Part shown: positions 1-15,645 of the stretch, one piece after another | Layout of the letters: the number at the start of each line of letters is the position of its first letter | Numbering within the stretch: position 1 is the first letter of the stretch | From: Prorocentrum cordatum | Taxonomy: Eukaryota | DNA: 64,000 nt | Reading direction: 5' to 3' | Assembly (NCBI GenBank): GCA_963575745.1 | Contig: CAUYUJ010000233.1 | Coordinates: 1 to 64,000 of the forward strand | The notes under the pieces: generated by a model | Database searches by the model: none | The model's input: the letters and a program-made list of their open reading frames with translations, nothing else | Told to the model about the DNA's origin: nothing | Position numbers and translations under genes: made by a program

Positions 1-1465
<1,465 letters not shown>

Positions 1466-1499
1466 GCCACTGGTGCGTTTGGCGGAGCGCACTACGGGG

Positions 1500-2560
1500 C
1501 AGCGAAAAGTGCGAGGGGTGCGCCGCAATGTGGCGGGGCCGCAACTGGGGCCTTCGGTGGAGTTTCTGATGGAACCACGAAACGCTGTACTGGGTGGCGG
1601 GAACGCATGCGAGGTCCGCCACTGGGACATTCGGTGGAGCTCCCTATGGGGCCACTAAACACAGCACTGGGTGAAGGAACCGCATGCGAGTTCTGCCACT
1701 GGGGCATTCGGTGGAACCCCCTATAGGGCCACGAAACACCGCACTGGGCGCAGGAACCGCATGCGAGTTCCGCAACTGGGACCTCTGGTGCAGCCCCCTA
1801 TGGGCCACGACACGCTGTTCTGGGTGGGGGTGACGCATGCGGACGGTGCCACTGGGGCCTTCGGGGAGTTCCCTATGAGGCCACGCAAAGGCTGCACTGG
1901 GCAAAGGAACAGCCTGCGAGTTCTGCCACTGGGAGGGCCACGAAATGTTGTACTGGGCGCAGGAACCGCATGCGAGTTCCGCCACTGGGACCTTCGGTGG
2001 AGCTCCCTATGAGGCCACGAAACGCTCTACTGGGCGCAGGAACCGCATGCGAAATCCGTCACTCGGACCTTCGTGTAGAGTTCCTCATCGGACCACGAAA
2101 CGCTGTACTGGGCGCAGGAACCGCATGAGTTCCGCCACTGGGACCTTCCATGGAGCTCCATATGGGGCCACGAAACGCTGCATTGGGCGCAGGAACCGCA
2201 TGGAGTTCCGCCACTGGGACCTTCGGTGGAGCTCCCTCATGGGGCCACCAAACGCTGTACTGGGCGCAGGAACCGCCTTAGAGTTCTGCCACTGGGACCT
2301 TTGATGGAGCTTCCTATGAAGCCACGGAGCGCTGTACTGGGCGCAGGAACCGCATCCGAATTCTGCCACTGGGACCGTTGGTGGAGCTCCTTATGGGCCA
2401 CGAAACACCGCACTTGGCGCAAGAACCGCATGCAAATTTCGCCACTGGGACCGAGCTCCCTATGGGGCCACGAACGCTGCACTTGGCGCAGGAACCGCAT
2501 GCGAGTTCCGCCACTGGAACCTTCGGTGGAGCTCCCTATGGGGCCACGAAACGCTGCACT
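1500..2560 (+). repeat. 77-bp satellite array
   Basis: Unit ccactgggaccttcggtggagctccctatggggccacgaaacgctgtactgggcgcaggaaccgcatgcgagttccg. Confidence 0.9.
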
Positions 2561-3265
2561 GGCCGGGGGAGACGCATTCAAACTGCGGAGGAGGGAGCAG
2601 GGAAAAGAGGGAGGAGGAAGGAGGAAGAGGAGGAGGTGGAGGAGGAGACGCGGGGCGCTGTCTCTTCAAAACGAGGACCCAACACCACAGGATGGTTGGG
2701 AAACAAATCGCAAGAGCTTCACGGATTCCCATTGTTAACGTACCAGAAATGATGCCTTCGAATGATTCAGGACTGTCAAGGCGCACCAGTTGCGTTGATT
2801 CTCTCTGTTGAGACTCCAAGAACGGTTTTCACCACGACTCAAGATCGCCAAGACGCAACAGTCAGGTTAACTCGTGGCGTTGACGCCCTGACAATGGTGT
2901 TTGGCACGATACAGGATGTTCGCACGGTTGTCCCTCACCAACGGGGCAATTCCCTCAGTTGAAATGAACCCCTGTATAGGGGGCTATGACGAGGAAGCTT
3001 GGATGGAGTGTGCATTCCAACATCATTGATGAGTCTTCGGCTTACGCTGGTCCTCCTCCTCCTCCTCCAACTCCTCCTCGTCCTCCTGCCCCTCGCCCCG
3101 AACAGATGGGGTTGCAGCATCGCGCTGCACCGCCGATGCATCGACGATGCATCGGCGACGGCGGGATGGAGCAAATCGGGCTCCAGCTTGCGGCCCCATG
3201 TGCTCTGGCCCATCTGGGCGGCCTGGAGGTGTGGTCGTCGTCGTCGTCGCCGCCGCCGCCAGCAA

Positions 3266-3301
<36 letters not shown>

Positions 3302-3719
3302 AGATCGGCCTGAGCTGCTGGCAAATTGGTGCTTCCATTGTTCGAACCCAGCGTGCTAGCCCATGCCGGCCTCGGGGGGGCTATCTCTGGCCCCAGTGCC
3401 AACAGTGGGGCTCAAAAACTCCCCCCGTGGAAGGGCGGGAGGGAGAGGGGAGGGGGGAACGGAAGGAGGAGGAAGATAAGAACGAACGAGCGAACTGCGT
3501 CATGAGAGACCTGGAGGCCCGACACCTACAACAGTGCGAAGAAGTCCAACCAAGAAGCATTCCAGAAACGCTGGTTCCGCAGCCTTTCAGTTGCGACGGT
3601 CTTGCGCATCTTCGAACCAATCTAGCTCGCATCCGAAAAAAGAACAACCTTGTGATTTGTAATTACCAAGGCCAGTTAGTGAACCTTGTCGGAAATCCTT
3701 AGCCGTCAAGCGCCCGCCT

Positions 3720-5135
3720 GAACCAGGGCCGAGGTTTGCAGTTGCAACCCCACGCCGATTCCACTGTAGAACTCGGCGAATTTGAAGTTCTGGCTCTCTC
3801 CGGCAGCTCCTGGCGATATGCACGGCATGCCGCCAAATCCTACGAGCGACTATGACGTCGAGGTTGACGATACCCGATCGAATCTTCTGCCCGCGGAGCG
3901 CTTTGCGCTGCCGCCGTGCAGACCTCGCATCAGTTTCACCTCGCCTTTTGGGGGAGGCGGAGGCACTTGAGAAAGCATGCATCCTGGGCCTCACAGATGC
4001 GTTGCAGAGCTCTCTGACTCACTCTCCACACTGGCGATGCCCAAGTCCTGGTGCCCACTGAGGTGCGGTGGATGAGATCGAACCAGCTCTGTCTCGTAGA
4101 TGACCGACACGACGGTACATCCTGGCCTTTGCAATATCCGTGCGTATTGAATACGTGTTGCATCGAATGTCGAGTTCTGTTCTGCCAGATGCGTTGAGGT
4201 GGACTCCCAAGCATCGACGATGACTGTTTAAAAAGGCAGACCCGACGCCTCCGCCCACGAACGGTTTGTATGACCAGGACCCTGGGATATCCACTTCGCT
4301 CGGCTCATTGGCAGACTCATACCGAGCTCAGCCAATGCGTTTTCGAATAGAGGATGAAGTCAGTCAACCCGTATAATGAAGGACGCACGATGAGGATGCA
4401 AGGGCCTTGGAAGGCCATGTCGACACTTGCGGACGTGGTGCGGCCAGCGAAAGCGGGCAAGGATAGGCCGAAGGGGAAGGATGCAAGGGTAACCTTGCAA
4501 ATAATTTCTTGTCGCTGTACACAACGAACGGTGCGCAACACGACGGATACGACGAACACCATCTGGTGTTGTGCGATGGCATGGGTTAATGGAGACAACC
4601 TGGACACCCAAATCACGATTATGACATAACTCACAACCTGGAGCAAATGCATCTCCATGACAGCGATAAAGAAGGCTGGACCGTAACGACTTCCCTGAGG
4701 AATAGCTACAATGATTGGTTCGGCCTGTGCTTGCAGGTGACGCAAACACAAACGATGACGACCGGCACGGATATGACGAATGAACCAAGCATCAATGGAA
4801 GCATGCACACCTCTTGACACCAAACCACCAAGAGTTTGGAGCGCTTGATTTCATCAAAAGCGCTGGGGACATCAGCTGACGCCAAACTGAATTCTCGCTT
4901 CTTCTGCCAACACCTCCGCGCCAACTGCATCAAAATAAACGTAAGATGGATGATGCTACAACCGCTCCGGTAAACAAGTTGCCACAAGCACCGAACGGCA
5001 ATCTGATCGGATACGTCGTGCATTGCTCCACCCAGCGCTTTGGACAGCGTGAGCAACACAGTAATCGAACGAAGGCGATCAAGCAAACCATCTCACAACA
5101 GAGTCTTCGGGCAGGAGCGCCAAATCACGTAAAAC
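3720..5135 (-). pseudogene. Degenerate non-LTR (LINE) reverse transcriptase fragment
   Basis: RT-like motifs in the expected order across frames: LRSITVLLTLSKA, WQLVYRSGCS (cf. QxGFRxGxS), SADVPSAFD (cf. DxxKAFD), IPQGSRYGPAFF (cf. QGxxxSPxLF). Many stops and frameshifts. Confidence 0.8.
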
Positions 5136-5274
5136 ACTGGTTCGGGGGCGAGGAGGAGCAGAGAGAGTAGGACGACGAAGAGGAGGAGGAGGAGGAGGAG
5201 GAGGAGGAGGAGGGAGATGGGAGGAGGAGGAAGAGGCAGGGGCGGGGCGAGGAGGGGAGAAGGCGCAGACCGCA

Positions 5275-5385
5275 CGCGGCTGCGAGGGCGAGCTCGCTTG
5301 AGAGAGCCCGTGCCACCATCCAGCCCTCGAAGTGGTTCACGTCCACGTTCAGGGGGGCCAGCGCGCTGCTCTGGCACCCGACCAC
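5275..5385 (-). CDS. Candidate host-gene exon (VVGCQSSALAPLNVDVNHFEGWMVARALSSELALAAA)
   Basis: Pyrimidine tract and CAG|G acceptor at 5386/5385; unique, protein-like sequence between repeats. Donor uncertain. Confidence 0.35.
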
Positions 5386-5539
5386 CTGGGGGGAGACTGG
5401 AGACTGGAGACCGCGCCTCCCATACCACCATTTCGGCTCTTGCGAATCGACGCTCATCGACGCGAATCGACGCTGATCGACGCGAAATCGACGCTAATCG
5501 ACGCTAAATCGGCGATACCTCATCGACTCCCAGACGCTA

Positions 5540-5718
5540 CTCCAGATTTCGTAATAAAAGGGAGGGGGTCTGGACCCTCCAAGACAAGCCATTTCAGACC
5601 TCCACCGTGGGAGAACCCTCCAAAACATCGTCCCCAGACCCCCCAGGCCCTCCAAAATAGCCTGGAAGAGACCCCCCCACGAAATGAGACCCCCCTCCCT
5701 TTACTACGAAATCTGGAG
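5540..5718. mobile_element. Tc1/mariner-type MITE with TA flanks
   Basis: TA|ctccagatttcgtaataaaagggagggggtct ... agacccccctccctttactacgaaatctggag|TA. Confidence 0.8.
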
Positions 5719-6684
5719 TATCGATCCGTGATGGTCCCGTGGCCCGAAACCGGACGAACACGCCCGGCTCGAAAAAGTCGGGTCGCCAGGATCTCAGGGT
5801 CTGGCCATCTCAGTCAATGCTGTACCCCGTGGTTGTGTCGCTGTTGGTCCAGGGAGGGGGGGAGAGGACAGGAGTCCAAGCTAGAGGGCGAGCTGAACTG
5901 TGGCCCAGCAGGCACGGAGCGCATGCTATCGACACAGGAGCAAACATGCAAGCCGGTGATGCAAGACCCTTAGACCCAGGCGGCTCGAGCTAAACAGTGC
6001 TTTTCGCTTTCGTTCTGTGTTCTTTGTCCTTTGTGTTCGTTTTGTGCTCGTTGTCTTCGTTTTCGCTTTCGTTTTGTGTTCGTTGCTGTTCGCTTCTGCC
6101 TCTCCTGCGAACAACATCAAAACGAGAACGGTCCACGAAGTCGCCGCAAAACACCGTTCAGCTCGAGCCCCGCTCTGCACCCCCCCCGTGCTGAGCTACC
6201 CGCAGCTGAGCCAGTGCGGAACACATGCCTGAAGAGGGGTCGAGCAAGCAAGGATGCAAGAGCGGCTTGACGAAGCAGCGCGTCCTTCATGCCGCGGTTG
6301 GACTGCAATGAACATTCCTCCACCTACGCGATAACGGACAGCTGGTGTCCCGTCATTCAGCATGCCTCCACACACGCCTGATCGCGATCAAAATATGCTA
6401 AGCCCGTACGCGCTCTTCAGAAACGTGCACGAGCCTCATACGCATACGTGTGAAAAGCCACGCATCGCTGAAAATATGCTTCGCGTGCTCGTGTCCACCC
6501 CATGGCTCTCCGCACATCTGTTCGACCTCGATACACAGTGATCCGGCATCGTGCCTCCAAAAAAAACAGCGCGGACGCGACCGCAAGAAAGCCAGCCCAA
6601 GGCACTCTGTCAAAATGCATATGGTTTCTTGATACGCATCCCCACTGTGAGTCAGAGCCCTGAGGTCCTTGATGCTAGAATCAG

Positions 6685-6787
6685 GTCGGGCGTGTCCCCC
6701 AACCCCCCCCCCAAAAAAAAAAGAAACGTCCCCCGACTATTTTCTTACTATTTCTGTATATTCCTCCTGTAAAGGGACACGCCCGAC
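6685..6787. mobile_element. MITE family 1, shortened copy
   Basis: gtcgggcgtgtccc ... gggacacgcccgac. Confidence 0.65.
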
Positions 6788-9700
6788 TTTTGATGTTGGA
6801 AGCGGCTCAGGGGCAAGGCCAAGGCGGCAGGCACCCTCCGAAGGCTCGGAAGGCATGTGGCATCCTGAGAAACTCTCTGAGCGTCCTCGGCATCCCCGCC
6901 GCCTTTTGAGAAGGCCTGCCCCCTTGAGTATGGTTTAACCGATCCCCATCCCCAGCGGCGTGGCCTGGGCCCCTCTGGCCGATTTACCCCCCTAGATGGG
7001 AGTATAGGCCGTTCCCTGCGGGCTTCGAGGGCTGTATCCCCAACTGGGGGGGTAATTTGGTGGGGGTCTCGAAGGGGATGGGGATGGGGATGGGGATGGG
7101 TTAAACGACGATACCGATCCCCGCCGCCTTCTGAGAAGGCATGCCCCCTCTCTGAGAGGGGCCCTCTCACTTCTCCCTTCGGCGCGCCGCCGTCAGAGGC
7201 TGATGGACCACCCTGAGATCCGACGTCGCGAAAAAGTGCAACAGGGGGGGGAACCCAAAAAAACAAAAATGACCGAAGCCCTGGACCTCGATCGAGCCCG
7301 ATCGATCTGTGATGGTCCCGAGGCCCGAAACCAGGCGAAAACGCCTGGTGTAAAAAAATTGCAAGGACCAGATCTGCGAATCCTTTCGCAGCGTCAGCCA
7401 CCAGAGGCCTCGAACCTTTCCCCAAGACGGGCTCTTCAGTCTGAGTCGTTTGTCGACGGCCCTGGGGCGCGGCGAGGACCCCCGAGACCGAAAACCGGCA
7501 AAAGTCTCCCCCATCGTGATTTGTCCGCAACGGCTATGCGAAGACGCCCAGCGCGTGACAAAGAAAAGCAACACCAAGATCTCAGGGCATGCAGCCTCTC
7601 TTTTCATCCTGACTACCTACAAGACCACCCCAACCCAACCTGAAGACCCGAATTTCGGGTTGGGGGGGTACGGGTCTCGTATGTGTTTTTTCAATTTTCC
7701 CCGACCCCCCCCACTGGAAATGGAGGGCAAATCGGAGCCTTCGGGTTGGGTTGGGGTGGTTTGGTGGGCGGTGACGTCTCATTGCACCAGCCTTGCAGAC
7801 GTGCTGCAGCGGATTTCTGCGTGGGTTTACGCTTGTATTTTTGCCCGAAGCGGCGTGCGACAAACGAAGTGAACTTCGCGTGGCTTCTTTCTGGTCTTCG
7901 GCCCTGGCCAAAAAGAGAATCCGCACGGAAGTCGCCTCGAAATCTGGAACGAAATCCTGCAGGACCCCCCGCGCCCACCCTCTCGTTTTCCGAATGAAAT
8001 CCGCTCTGTTTTTTCCCGAACCCCCCCACACTGGAAAAATGGAGGGCAAATCGGGAGCCTTCGGGCTGACTTGGGGTGGTTTGGTGGGCGGTGACGTCCC
8101 GAGTCGTTGCTCCACGGCCCCATGGGGCCCGGCGCGGGCCCCCCGACGGCCCTCGGCCTGCGGTGGCCCCGGTGGGTGGGGCTCCTCCCTGGGGGCTCCC
8201 GTGGGCTCCCGCGGGCGGGGGGGGCAGGCCCAGTCCGCATCGAGTCGGGCAGTCGGATCGAATGTTTTTTTTTGTTTGGAGGGGGGAGCAAGGAGGAGGA
8301 GGAGGAGGAGAAGGAGGAGGAAGAAGAAGAAGAAGAAGAAGAACACGAAGGAGCAGGAGGGGGAGGAGGAGGAGGAGGAGAAGGAGGAGGAGGAGGAGGA
8401 GCAGGAGGGGGAGGAGGAGGAGGAGGAGAAGGAGGAGGAGGAGCGAGGAGGGGGAGCGAGGAGCAGTCAGGGGCAACGATAATGGGAGGCGCAAAGACAT
8501 CTCAGTACTATATATCCGACTTGGAGGCGCGCGTCCGATCGGAACATTGAGTACACCCGTCTTGTAGCAGATCGTTCCCCGAGCGGTGTGGCCAAAAAGC
8601 GCCCACCACGACGCCTATGCTGTAAGATTTCTCGGTGCGCGCGTCGCCCCTGGGGGGGGCGACGCACATATGGTATGAGTGTGTTGGGGCAACGCCGAGA
8701 TCAGAAGACGGAGCGGGCTTTTTAGAAGGCAGGGACCTTCTTAGGAGGCCCAGATGCTTCTGAGTAGGCTACTTGGCGACCGTGCGGGCTTCCAAGAAGA
8801 CCCTCCCTGCCTCCTTCTAGAAGCCCCAGCGCGCCTGCACAGAAGCCCACCCCCCTCGCGCGACCCCCTTGCGGGCGCCGCCAACCTTGGCACTGCCCGG
8901 CCTCCCCGGAGGGGCAACGATAGGGGCGGGACTAGCATAGGGGGGGGGCGCATCGACCTGGAATCGGCGATGCATCGCCGACAGATCGACGATAGGCCCC
9001 CCATCGTGAATCCGCACGTTCCTGGACAGGCTGGGGCTATCGGGCCCCTATCGGCGATCGATCGGCGGCTGGGGGCAGCTGCATGCCCCCATATGCCTGC
9101 CCCCCCCATCGTTGCCCCTGAAGAAGGAGCGAGCGCGACCACAGAGCTTCACCTGACGCGCAGATCGGCTCTTGACGTGCTCTGGCTTTGCCTGGTCGCC
9201 TGGTCGAGGGGAATCAGATTGAATGTGCGTCGGATCGGGCCGCATCTCGGCGGTGCGCTCTCTGAATTGAACTTTTTCTTAAGCGCTAGGCGAAGTTCAG
9301 TAACGTGATCGTCCTCTGGCGGACTCAGGCTGAACCCTGAAAAGGCTGCGGAGCATGGAACAAGACTCCGGCGAGAAAACCCCCCCCGTGACTCCGCGGC
9401 TGCATGAAGGCTGGCACATATAGAACTAAGCATCGTGTCTGGGGGGAGTGAGAAGAAGAAGGAGGAGGAGGAGGAGGAGGGGACATTCCCTGGACATTCC
9501 CCTGACGACGTGGTCGAAGGTCGCCGCTCCGCCGCCCGCCCGCCTGCTCTCAGGGCGTCGTCGAGGCGGCGGCAGCGGCGTCGGCGGCGCGCAGGCTGCC
9601 AGGCCCCGCGCCAGAGGGCGCGTCGGGCCGCGCCCGCGGCGCCCGCTGGCTCGGCTCCGCGCCAGTGTGCGCGTCGGGCCGAGCTGGCCTCCGCGCGAGC

Positions 9701-10262
9701 CCGCAGCAGGGCCCTCCTCCAGCGGGCGTGGCGAGCCTCGCAGGCCTCCTCAGAGGGCGGCGGGGCTCCTCAGAAGCCCTCCGGCCTTCTGAGCAGCCGC
9801 CCGCGTCTTCGGAGGAGGCCCGGGAGACTTCCCAGAGGGCCCGAGGCCCTCCGAGCCCCCTGAGAAGGCCCGCCCCCTCTGCCTTCCCCGCCCCCTGCGC
9901 TCGCCGCCGAGCCTCGGCACGGAGTCGGCTCGGCCGCACCGGGATGCACATAACGGCGCCACGCGAGCACCGACGGAAGCGGATCGCCAGAGCATCGCAG
10001 CATGGGGGAGACGGGTCCCGAAGGGAACGGGTCCTGAGCCCCCTGGGGCCCTGCTCCCGGGACCACCTGTTCCTCCCCAATCGTCTTCTGACAGTCCCGG
10101 GGCCCGTGGAGGGCCACGAGAGCCCGAAGACGGCGAAAGGCGTCGGGACCCGTCTCTCTCTCGGGACCCGCTTCCCCCATGGCGCACGCAAGCATCGGCA
10201 GCACCGGATCGCCGGAAGGGGGGACTCGAGCCGGATCGGACCCGCCAGAATCGATATGGAAG

Positions 10263-10416
10263 CCTGGAGGGTTCCAAAAGGGGTTTGGGGGGAGGGGGTT
10301 TTCCATGAGAGGTCCCCCAGGGGCTTCGCACCCCCTGTTTTGACGAGGTTCCGAGGCCCCTGGTGGGCTCTCTGGAAAACCCCATCCCCAAAAACCCCCT
10401 TTTGGAACCCTCCAGG
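10263..10416. mobile_element. MITE with 21-bp TIR and possible 3-bp AAG duplication
   Basis: aag|cctggagggttccaaaagggg ... ccccttttggaaccctccagg|aag. Confidence 0.7.
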
Positions 10417-11504
10417 AAGCGGGCCGATGGGGGGCAGGCCTCCACCGTGCCCAGCTGTGGCCCCGGGGGGGAGGGGCCCACGTTCGGTCCCCTCCTCGGG
10501 AGTACACCGGACTGTCTCTGGGGGTCCGCTCGAGGAGCCAGAGTCATCGAAACGCAACTGGCTTGAGTGGGGCTGATTGGCAGCGCGCAAAGGGGGGCAG
10601 GCCTCTTAGAAGCAGGCTACTTCTTAGAAGCCGCCAGCTTTACATCTACGGAGAGGGCCCGCACCTTCTAAGAAGCAGGGGTGCTTCTAAGAAGTCTTAC
10701 CCCCTCCCCCATGCCCCCCTCTGCGCGTGGCCGAGTTGTGTAGGGTTGGGTAGGGTTTGTGCCAGGTTGAAGGTAGGGTGGATGTTTGCCTTCAGTGAGC
10801 TCAATGCCGCCATCCCGTTGCAAGCATGCCGTCACAGACATTTGGCTGACCCAGGGCTCGACCCGAACAAGGGCCTTGCACGCCCATTCGAAGCTTTTCG
10901 AACGGGGCGCGGCCAAAGAGAGTGGCCAATGATGGACCGAGGAGGCAAGGATGCAAGGATACCCTTTGGAAGGTTGCCCATCCTTACTGTGCGGGTTGAC
11001 TGTAAGCTTGTCTTCGTTGTCTCGCGTTTTGTCATCGCCCCGCCTCTGCAGCACAGCGCGGTCGAGACGAAAACGGCAGCCCCGTGATGAAAATTCTGCT
11101 TTTGTCCTCCTGCTGCGCGAAGCGTTTTGAAAATCGGAAGCGCTGACGGCCGCAGGCGCAGGGGTCGGCATCCGCGGGACCAGGCGACTCCCGCCCCCTC
11201 GCCCTCTCCATGTTTGTGACCCCGAAGTCACCTGGGACGGGCGTCTGAGCCACGATTCTGTCTCAAACGAGGTTGGAGGGACCAGCGTCACGAAAGTGGA
11301 GCACCCAACAGGTGTGCTCCCCGTGGCACTGCTGACTCTCGCGTCCCCCCTCCTCCCTGTTCCCACTGTGCCAGCGTTGGCCCCGCGGTCCTCGGGTGGG
11401 GGCTGGCGACTTTCTGGCGCCTGGTGATTCGGCCTCCGAATCTCCCTTCTTCTGTGCCCGCCACGCGGTGGGAGACTTGCGCGGCGTCGCCAATGCAGTG
11501 CGGT

Positions 11505-12886
11505 ATCCTCTTCCTCCTCCTCCTCCTCCTCCTCCTCCTCCTGATCCTCCTCCTCATCCTACTCCTCCTCCTCTTCCTCCTCCTCCTCCTCCTCCTCCTC
11601 CTCCTCCTCCTCATCATCATCATCATCATCCATCACCTTTTCTTCCCTCACCTCCTCCTCATCATCCTCTTCCTCCTCCTCCTCCTCATCCTGTTCCTCC
11701 TCTTCCTCCTCCTGTTCCTCCTCCTCCTCCTCCGCCTCCTCCTCATCCTCCGCCTCCTCTTCTGCTTCGTCTTCTTAGTATTATTATTATTATTTAGTAT
11801 TATTCGTATTAATATTATTAGTATAAGTGTTCGTATTATTAGTGTTCATAATAGTCTTATCATTACTATTCATAATATTATTGTTATTATTATTCGTATT
11901 CGTATTTCTCTCATTAATATTAGTATGCCTCTTCCTCTTCCTCCTCTTCTTATAATTATGAATAGTAAGATTATAATTAGTATGATCAGTATCCTTATTA
12001 TTCTGAATAGTATTCCTAGTATAAGTATTACTCATCCTTGGCGTTTTACATATATCATTATTAGTGGTAGTGTTATACGTCGGCGTAGTCGTATTATTGT
12101 CTCGTCTTAGTAGTATTAATAGCATTGGTATTTATACGATGTTCTTCATACTCTCATTATCACTGCGGTTAATATTATCAGTCTCATTCCTGTTCTTGCG
12201 ATTAGTACTAATATTATGTATATCATTGTTGGTAAGATTCTTCTTATTAGTCGTATTATGAGTTTGTTTAGTCTTACTAGTATTCGAAATGATGTTACCA
12301 CTATTATTGCACGTGTTATTATTACTCCGATTCCTCATATTAGTTTGCTTCGTATTAGTAGTGGTCTGTGTATCCTTGTCATTTGTATCATTATGTGTAT
12401 TAGTAGTCGTCTTAGTTGTCTTCGTATGGTGTTATTAATACTATGATGATTAGTATTAGTAATTATTATTCGTATTCTTCCTCCTCCTCCTCCTCGTCTT
12501 CCTCATCCTCTTCTTCCTCCTCCTCCTCCTCCTCCTCCTCCTCCTCTTCCTCCTCCTCCTCCTCCTCATCCTGCTCATCCTCCTCCTCCCTCTCCTCCTT
12601 CTCCCCCCCCCTCCTCCTCCTCCTCCTCCTCCTCTTCATCCTCCTCCTCCTCATCCTTTCCCTTCTCGTCACCTCCTCCTCCTCCTCCTCCTTTTCCTCC
12701 TCCTCCACCTTCTCCTCCTCCTCCTCCTCTTCCTCCTCCTCCTCATCATCATCATCATCATTATCACCACCACCACCACCATCATCAGCAGCAGCAGCAT
12801 CACCACCACCACCATCACCACCATCAGCATCATCATCAGCAGCAGCAGCATCACCACCACCACCATCATCAGCAGCAGCATATCAT

Positions 12887-12942
<56 letters not shown>

Positions 12943-13270
12943 GCATCATCATCATCATCATCATCATCAGCATCATCATCATCATCATCATTATCATCAT
13001 TATCATCGTCATCATCATCATCAGCAGCATCATCATCACCAGCACCACCACCACCACCACAACCATCATCATCATCAGCAGCAGCAGCATCGTCATCAGC
13101 ATCAACATCATCATCGTCACCAGCATCATCATCACCATCATCATCAGCAGAATCAGCATCATCATCATAATCATCTTCATCATCATCAGCAGCAGCATCA
13201 TCATCACCATCAGCATCATCAGCAGCAGTATCATCCTTTTCATCCTCCTCATCCTCCTCCCCCTCCTTCT
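11505..13270. repeat. Compound (CCT)n / degenerate (ATT/AGT)n / (CAT/CAG)n low-complexity tract
   Basis: Direct inspection. Confidence 0.9.
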
Positions 13271-13587
13271 CCTCAGGGGGCATGTCCGACCGCCGAGAAT
13301 TGGCGGGGGACCCGCTGCGCAAGGCCGGTCACCGTGACTTTCCGCGGGGGGGGGGCGGAGGCGCAGGGGGGGCCGAGACACCCAGGCGCCTGGATCCCCT
13401 TGGATCGAGGAGGGGGGGTCGTCGGGACAGTCGCCGTCGCCGTCGCCGTCGCTGCCGCTGCCGTCCTCGCCGCCGTCCTCGCCGTCGCACTGGCCGTTGT
13501 CGTCGTCGTCGTTTCTTCGTCGTCGCCGTTGTTGACGTCGTCGCCGCTGTTGAAATCATCGTCATCCTTGACATCTCGGCAGGGTGG

Positions 13588-13688
13588 TACTGGGGGGTGA
13601 CCTAATTAAGTGGGTGGTTTAAAAAAAGACACTGAAGGGGCCCTGTTAGGGCCCTTTTGCAACTCCCGTGTAAGTCACCCCCCAAGTA
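13588..13688. mobile_element. Short TA-flanked inverted-repeat element
   Basis: tactggggggtgac ... gtcaccccccaagta. Confidence 0.5.
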
Positions 13689-15645
13689 CCACACAACCAA
13701 ATACCGGAATCGTCATTGGAATTGTCGTCTTTATCGTTGCCGCTCTCGCGGGCGGCACAGCGGCCACCGTATCGGCGCCCGCGCCGCCGAGGCAGGTCCT
13801 GAGCCGCGTCTCCACGAGCTCCGCAACGGCCGCGCAGAAGACATTCAACCTGCCCCCCATGAAAATCGGGCGCGAAGCGCCGAAGGGAGGGCCCAGGAAG
13901 AGCTCCAGACTGGATGGGGATTGGGCGCCTTCGGTCCTCAAAGGGTTGAAACAGAACAGCTCTAATTCCAACTCCGTTTCGCTCCTCCTTTCTCTCACTC
14001 TTCCCCGCTCCTCCTCCCCCTCCTCCCTCCTCCCCCCTCGTCCGACGTCCTCCTCCTCCTCCTCCTCCTCCTCCTCCTCCTCCTCCTCCTCCTCATCCTC
14101 CTCATCCTCCTCCTCCTCCTCCTCCTCCTCCTCCTCCTCCTCCTCCTCCTCCTCCTCCTCCTCCTCCTCCTGTGGCACAAGTAGCGGACGAGGAGTGCGC
14201 ACACCCACCGCCGCCGCGACACCCTAGAACCAGGGGCCGCGCCCTCCTGGCGAGGCGCGAGAGAAGGAGAAAAAGGACGAAGACAAGACGAACAAAGAAA
14301 GGAGGCGCCAGCCGCACCACGCAGACCGCGATGAGCACCATCGACCGCCGAAAGCGGGCGGTCCCCGTGCCTCCCTGGCTCTACAAGCACCCACGTCGCC
14401 GCGCGGGGCACACGGCGCGCACACCCCCACATGGGCAACGTGGCCCGCCACATTGCCCAAGGGGGGCCAGGCGGTACACGTCTTGAGCCGTGCCCGTAAA
14501 CCGACCCCCCCCCCCCCAGCCACGCCTTTGCCCCGCGACGTCACGGGAGGGCCAAAATAGTGGCTGGGGCCTGCCCCGAGAAAAGAAGGTACCACGCAGG
14601 CCGACGCGGACCGAGATCCACGCCAGACCAACGGGGGTTACCCTCGCGGCCCTAGAACGCCAGGTCCGAGAGGGACCTGAGACGGCGGACCCGCACCGCA
14701 GCAGGACCACCGCTAGAAAACGGGGGGGCCGCCCCAGGCCCGTCAGGGCACCGACGCCCCTGGCCCGCCGCGCCGCCCCTGCGAAGGCGACGCCTTGGCG
14801 GATTTCAATTCCCCCAGGAGCCCCGACGTGCAGCCCACACGCCGAGGTGACCTCCTGGGGGCACCTCCTCCTCCTCCTCCTCCTCCTCCTCCTCCTCCTC
14901 CTCCTCCTGCTCCTCCTCCTCCTCCTCCTGCTCCTCCTCCTCCTCCTCCTCCTCCTCCTCCTCCTCCTCCTGCACCCCAGCCCCAGCCCCATCCAGTCTG
15001 GCGCCCCAGGAAGAGGGGGGTTACAGTCGAAACGTGGCCGCAAGAACGTGGATCAAGAACGTATGAGCCCCTTCGCCGAAATCCCAGGAGCCCCCAAAAA
15101 AGAGGAGCATCCCGATCCAGGGCAGAAACAGTGCAAAGCAGAAGAGCATATAAAGGTGACCCTTCGGGATGATGGGTGTTCCTAACCCTCGTGCCAGTTG
15201 CAGCGCATCCTTGCCCGAGGCTCGTGGACGAGCGAAGGGGGCCAGGGGACGCAGTGGAAGGAGAAGAGAGGCCAATGAGATCTGGGAGATTTCGTGGCCC
15301 ATGGCAATGATATCCACACGCCCCTCGTCCTTACGCTCCTCCTTGACGCCCCCGAGAAGGAGTCTGGCTGGTCGCGACAGCGCAAGGAGGCGTCGAGACT
15401 GCGCTCGCCGAGAAGCAAGATGGGCGGGTGGACGCGTCCACCCCCCCACAGTAGGAGCTCGACCACAAGAACGCTTCCACAAGAAACCCAACCCTGAGAC
15501 CCCAGGACATCCATTGGTTTGTGGTGTGGGAACGTCACGCTTTCTACCACAGAACCATCAAAACCCAAGAAACTCGGGGCACCCTGGAGGCAAGTAGGGT
15601 GTTCCTTGGCATGGGTTTCCACTGCACCACGCCCGCCTGACAGAC

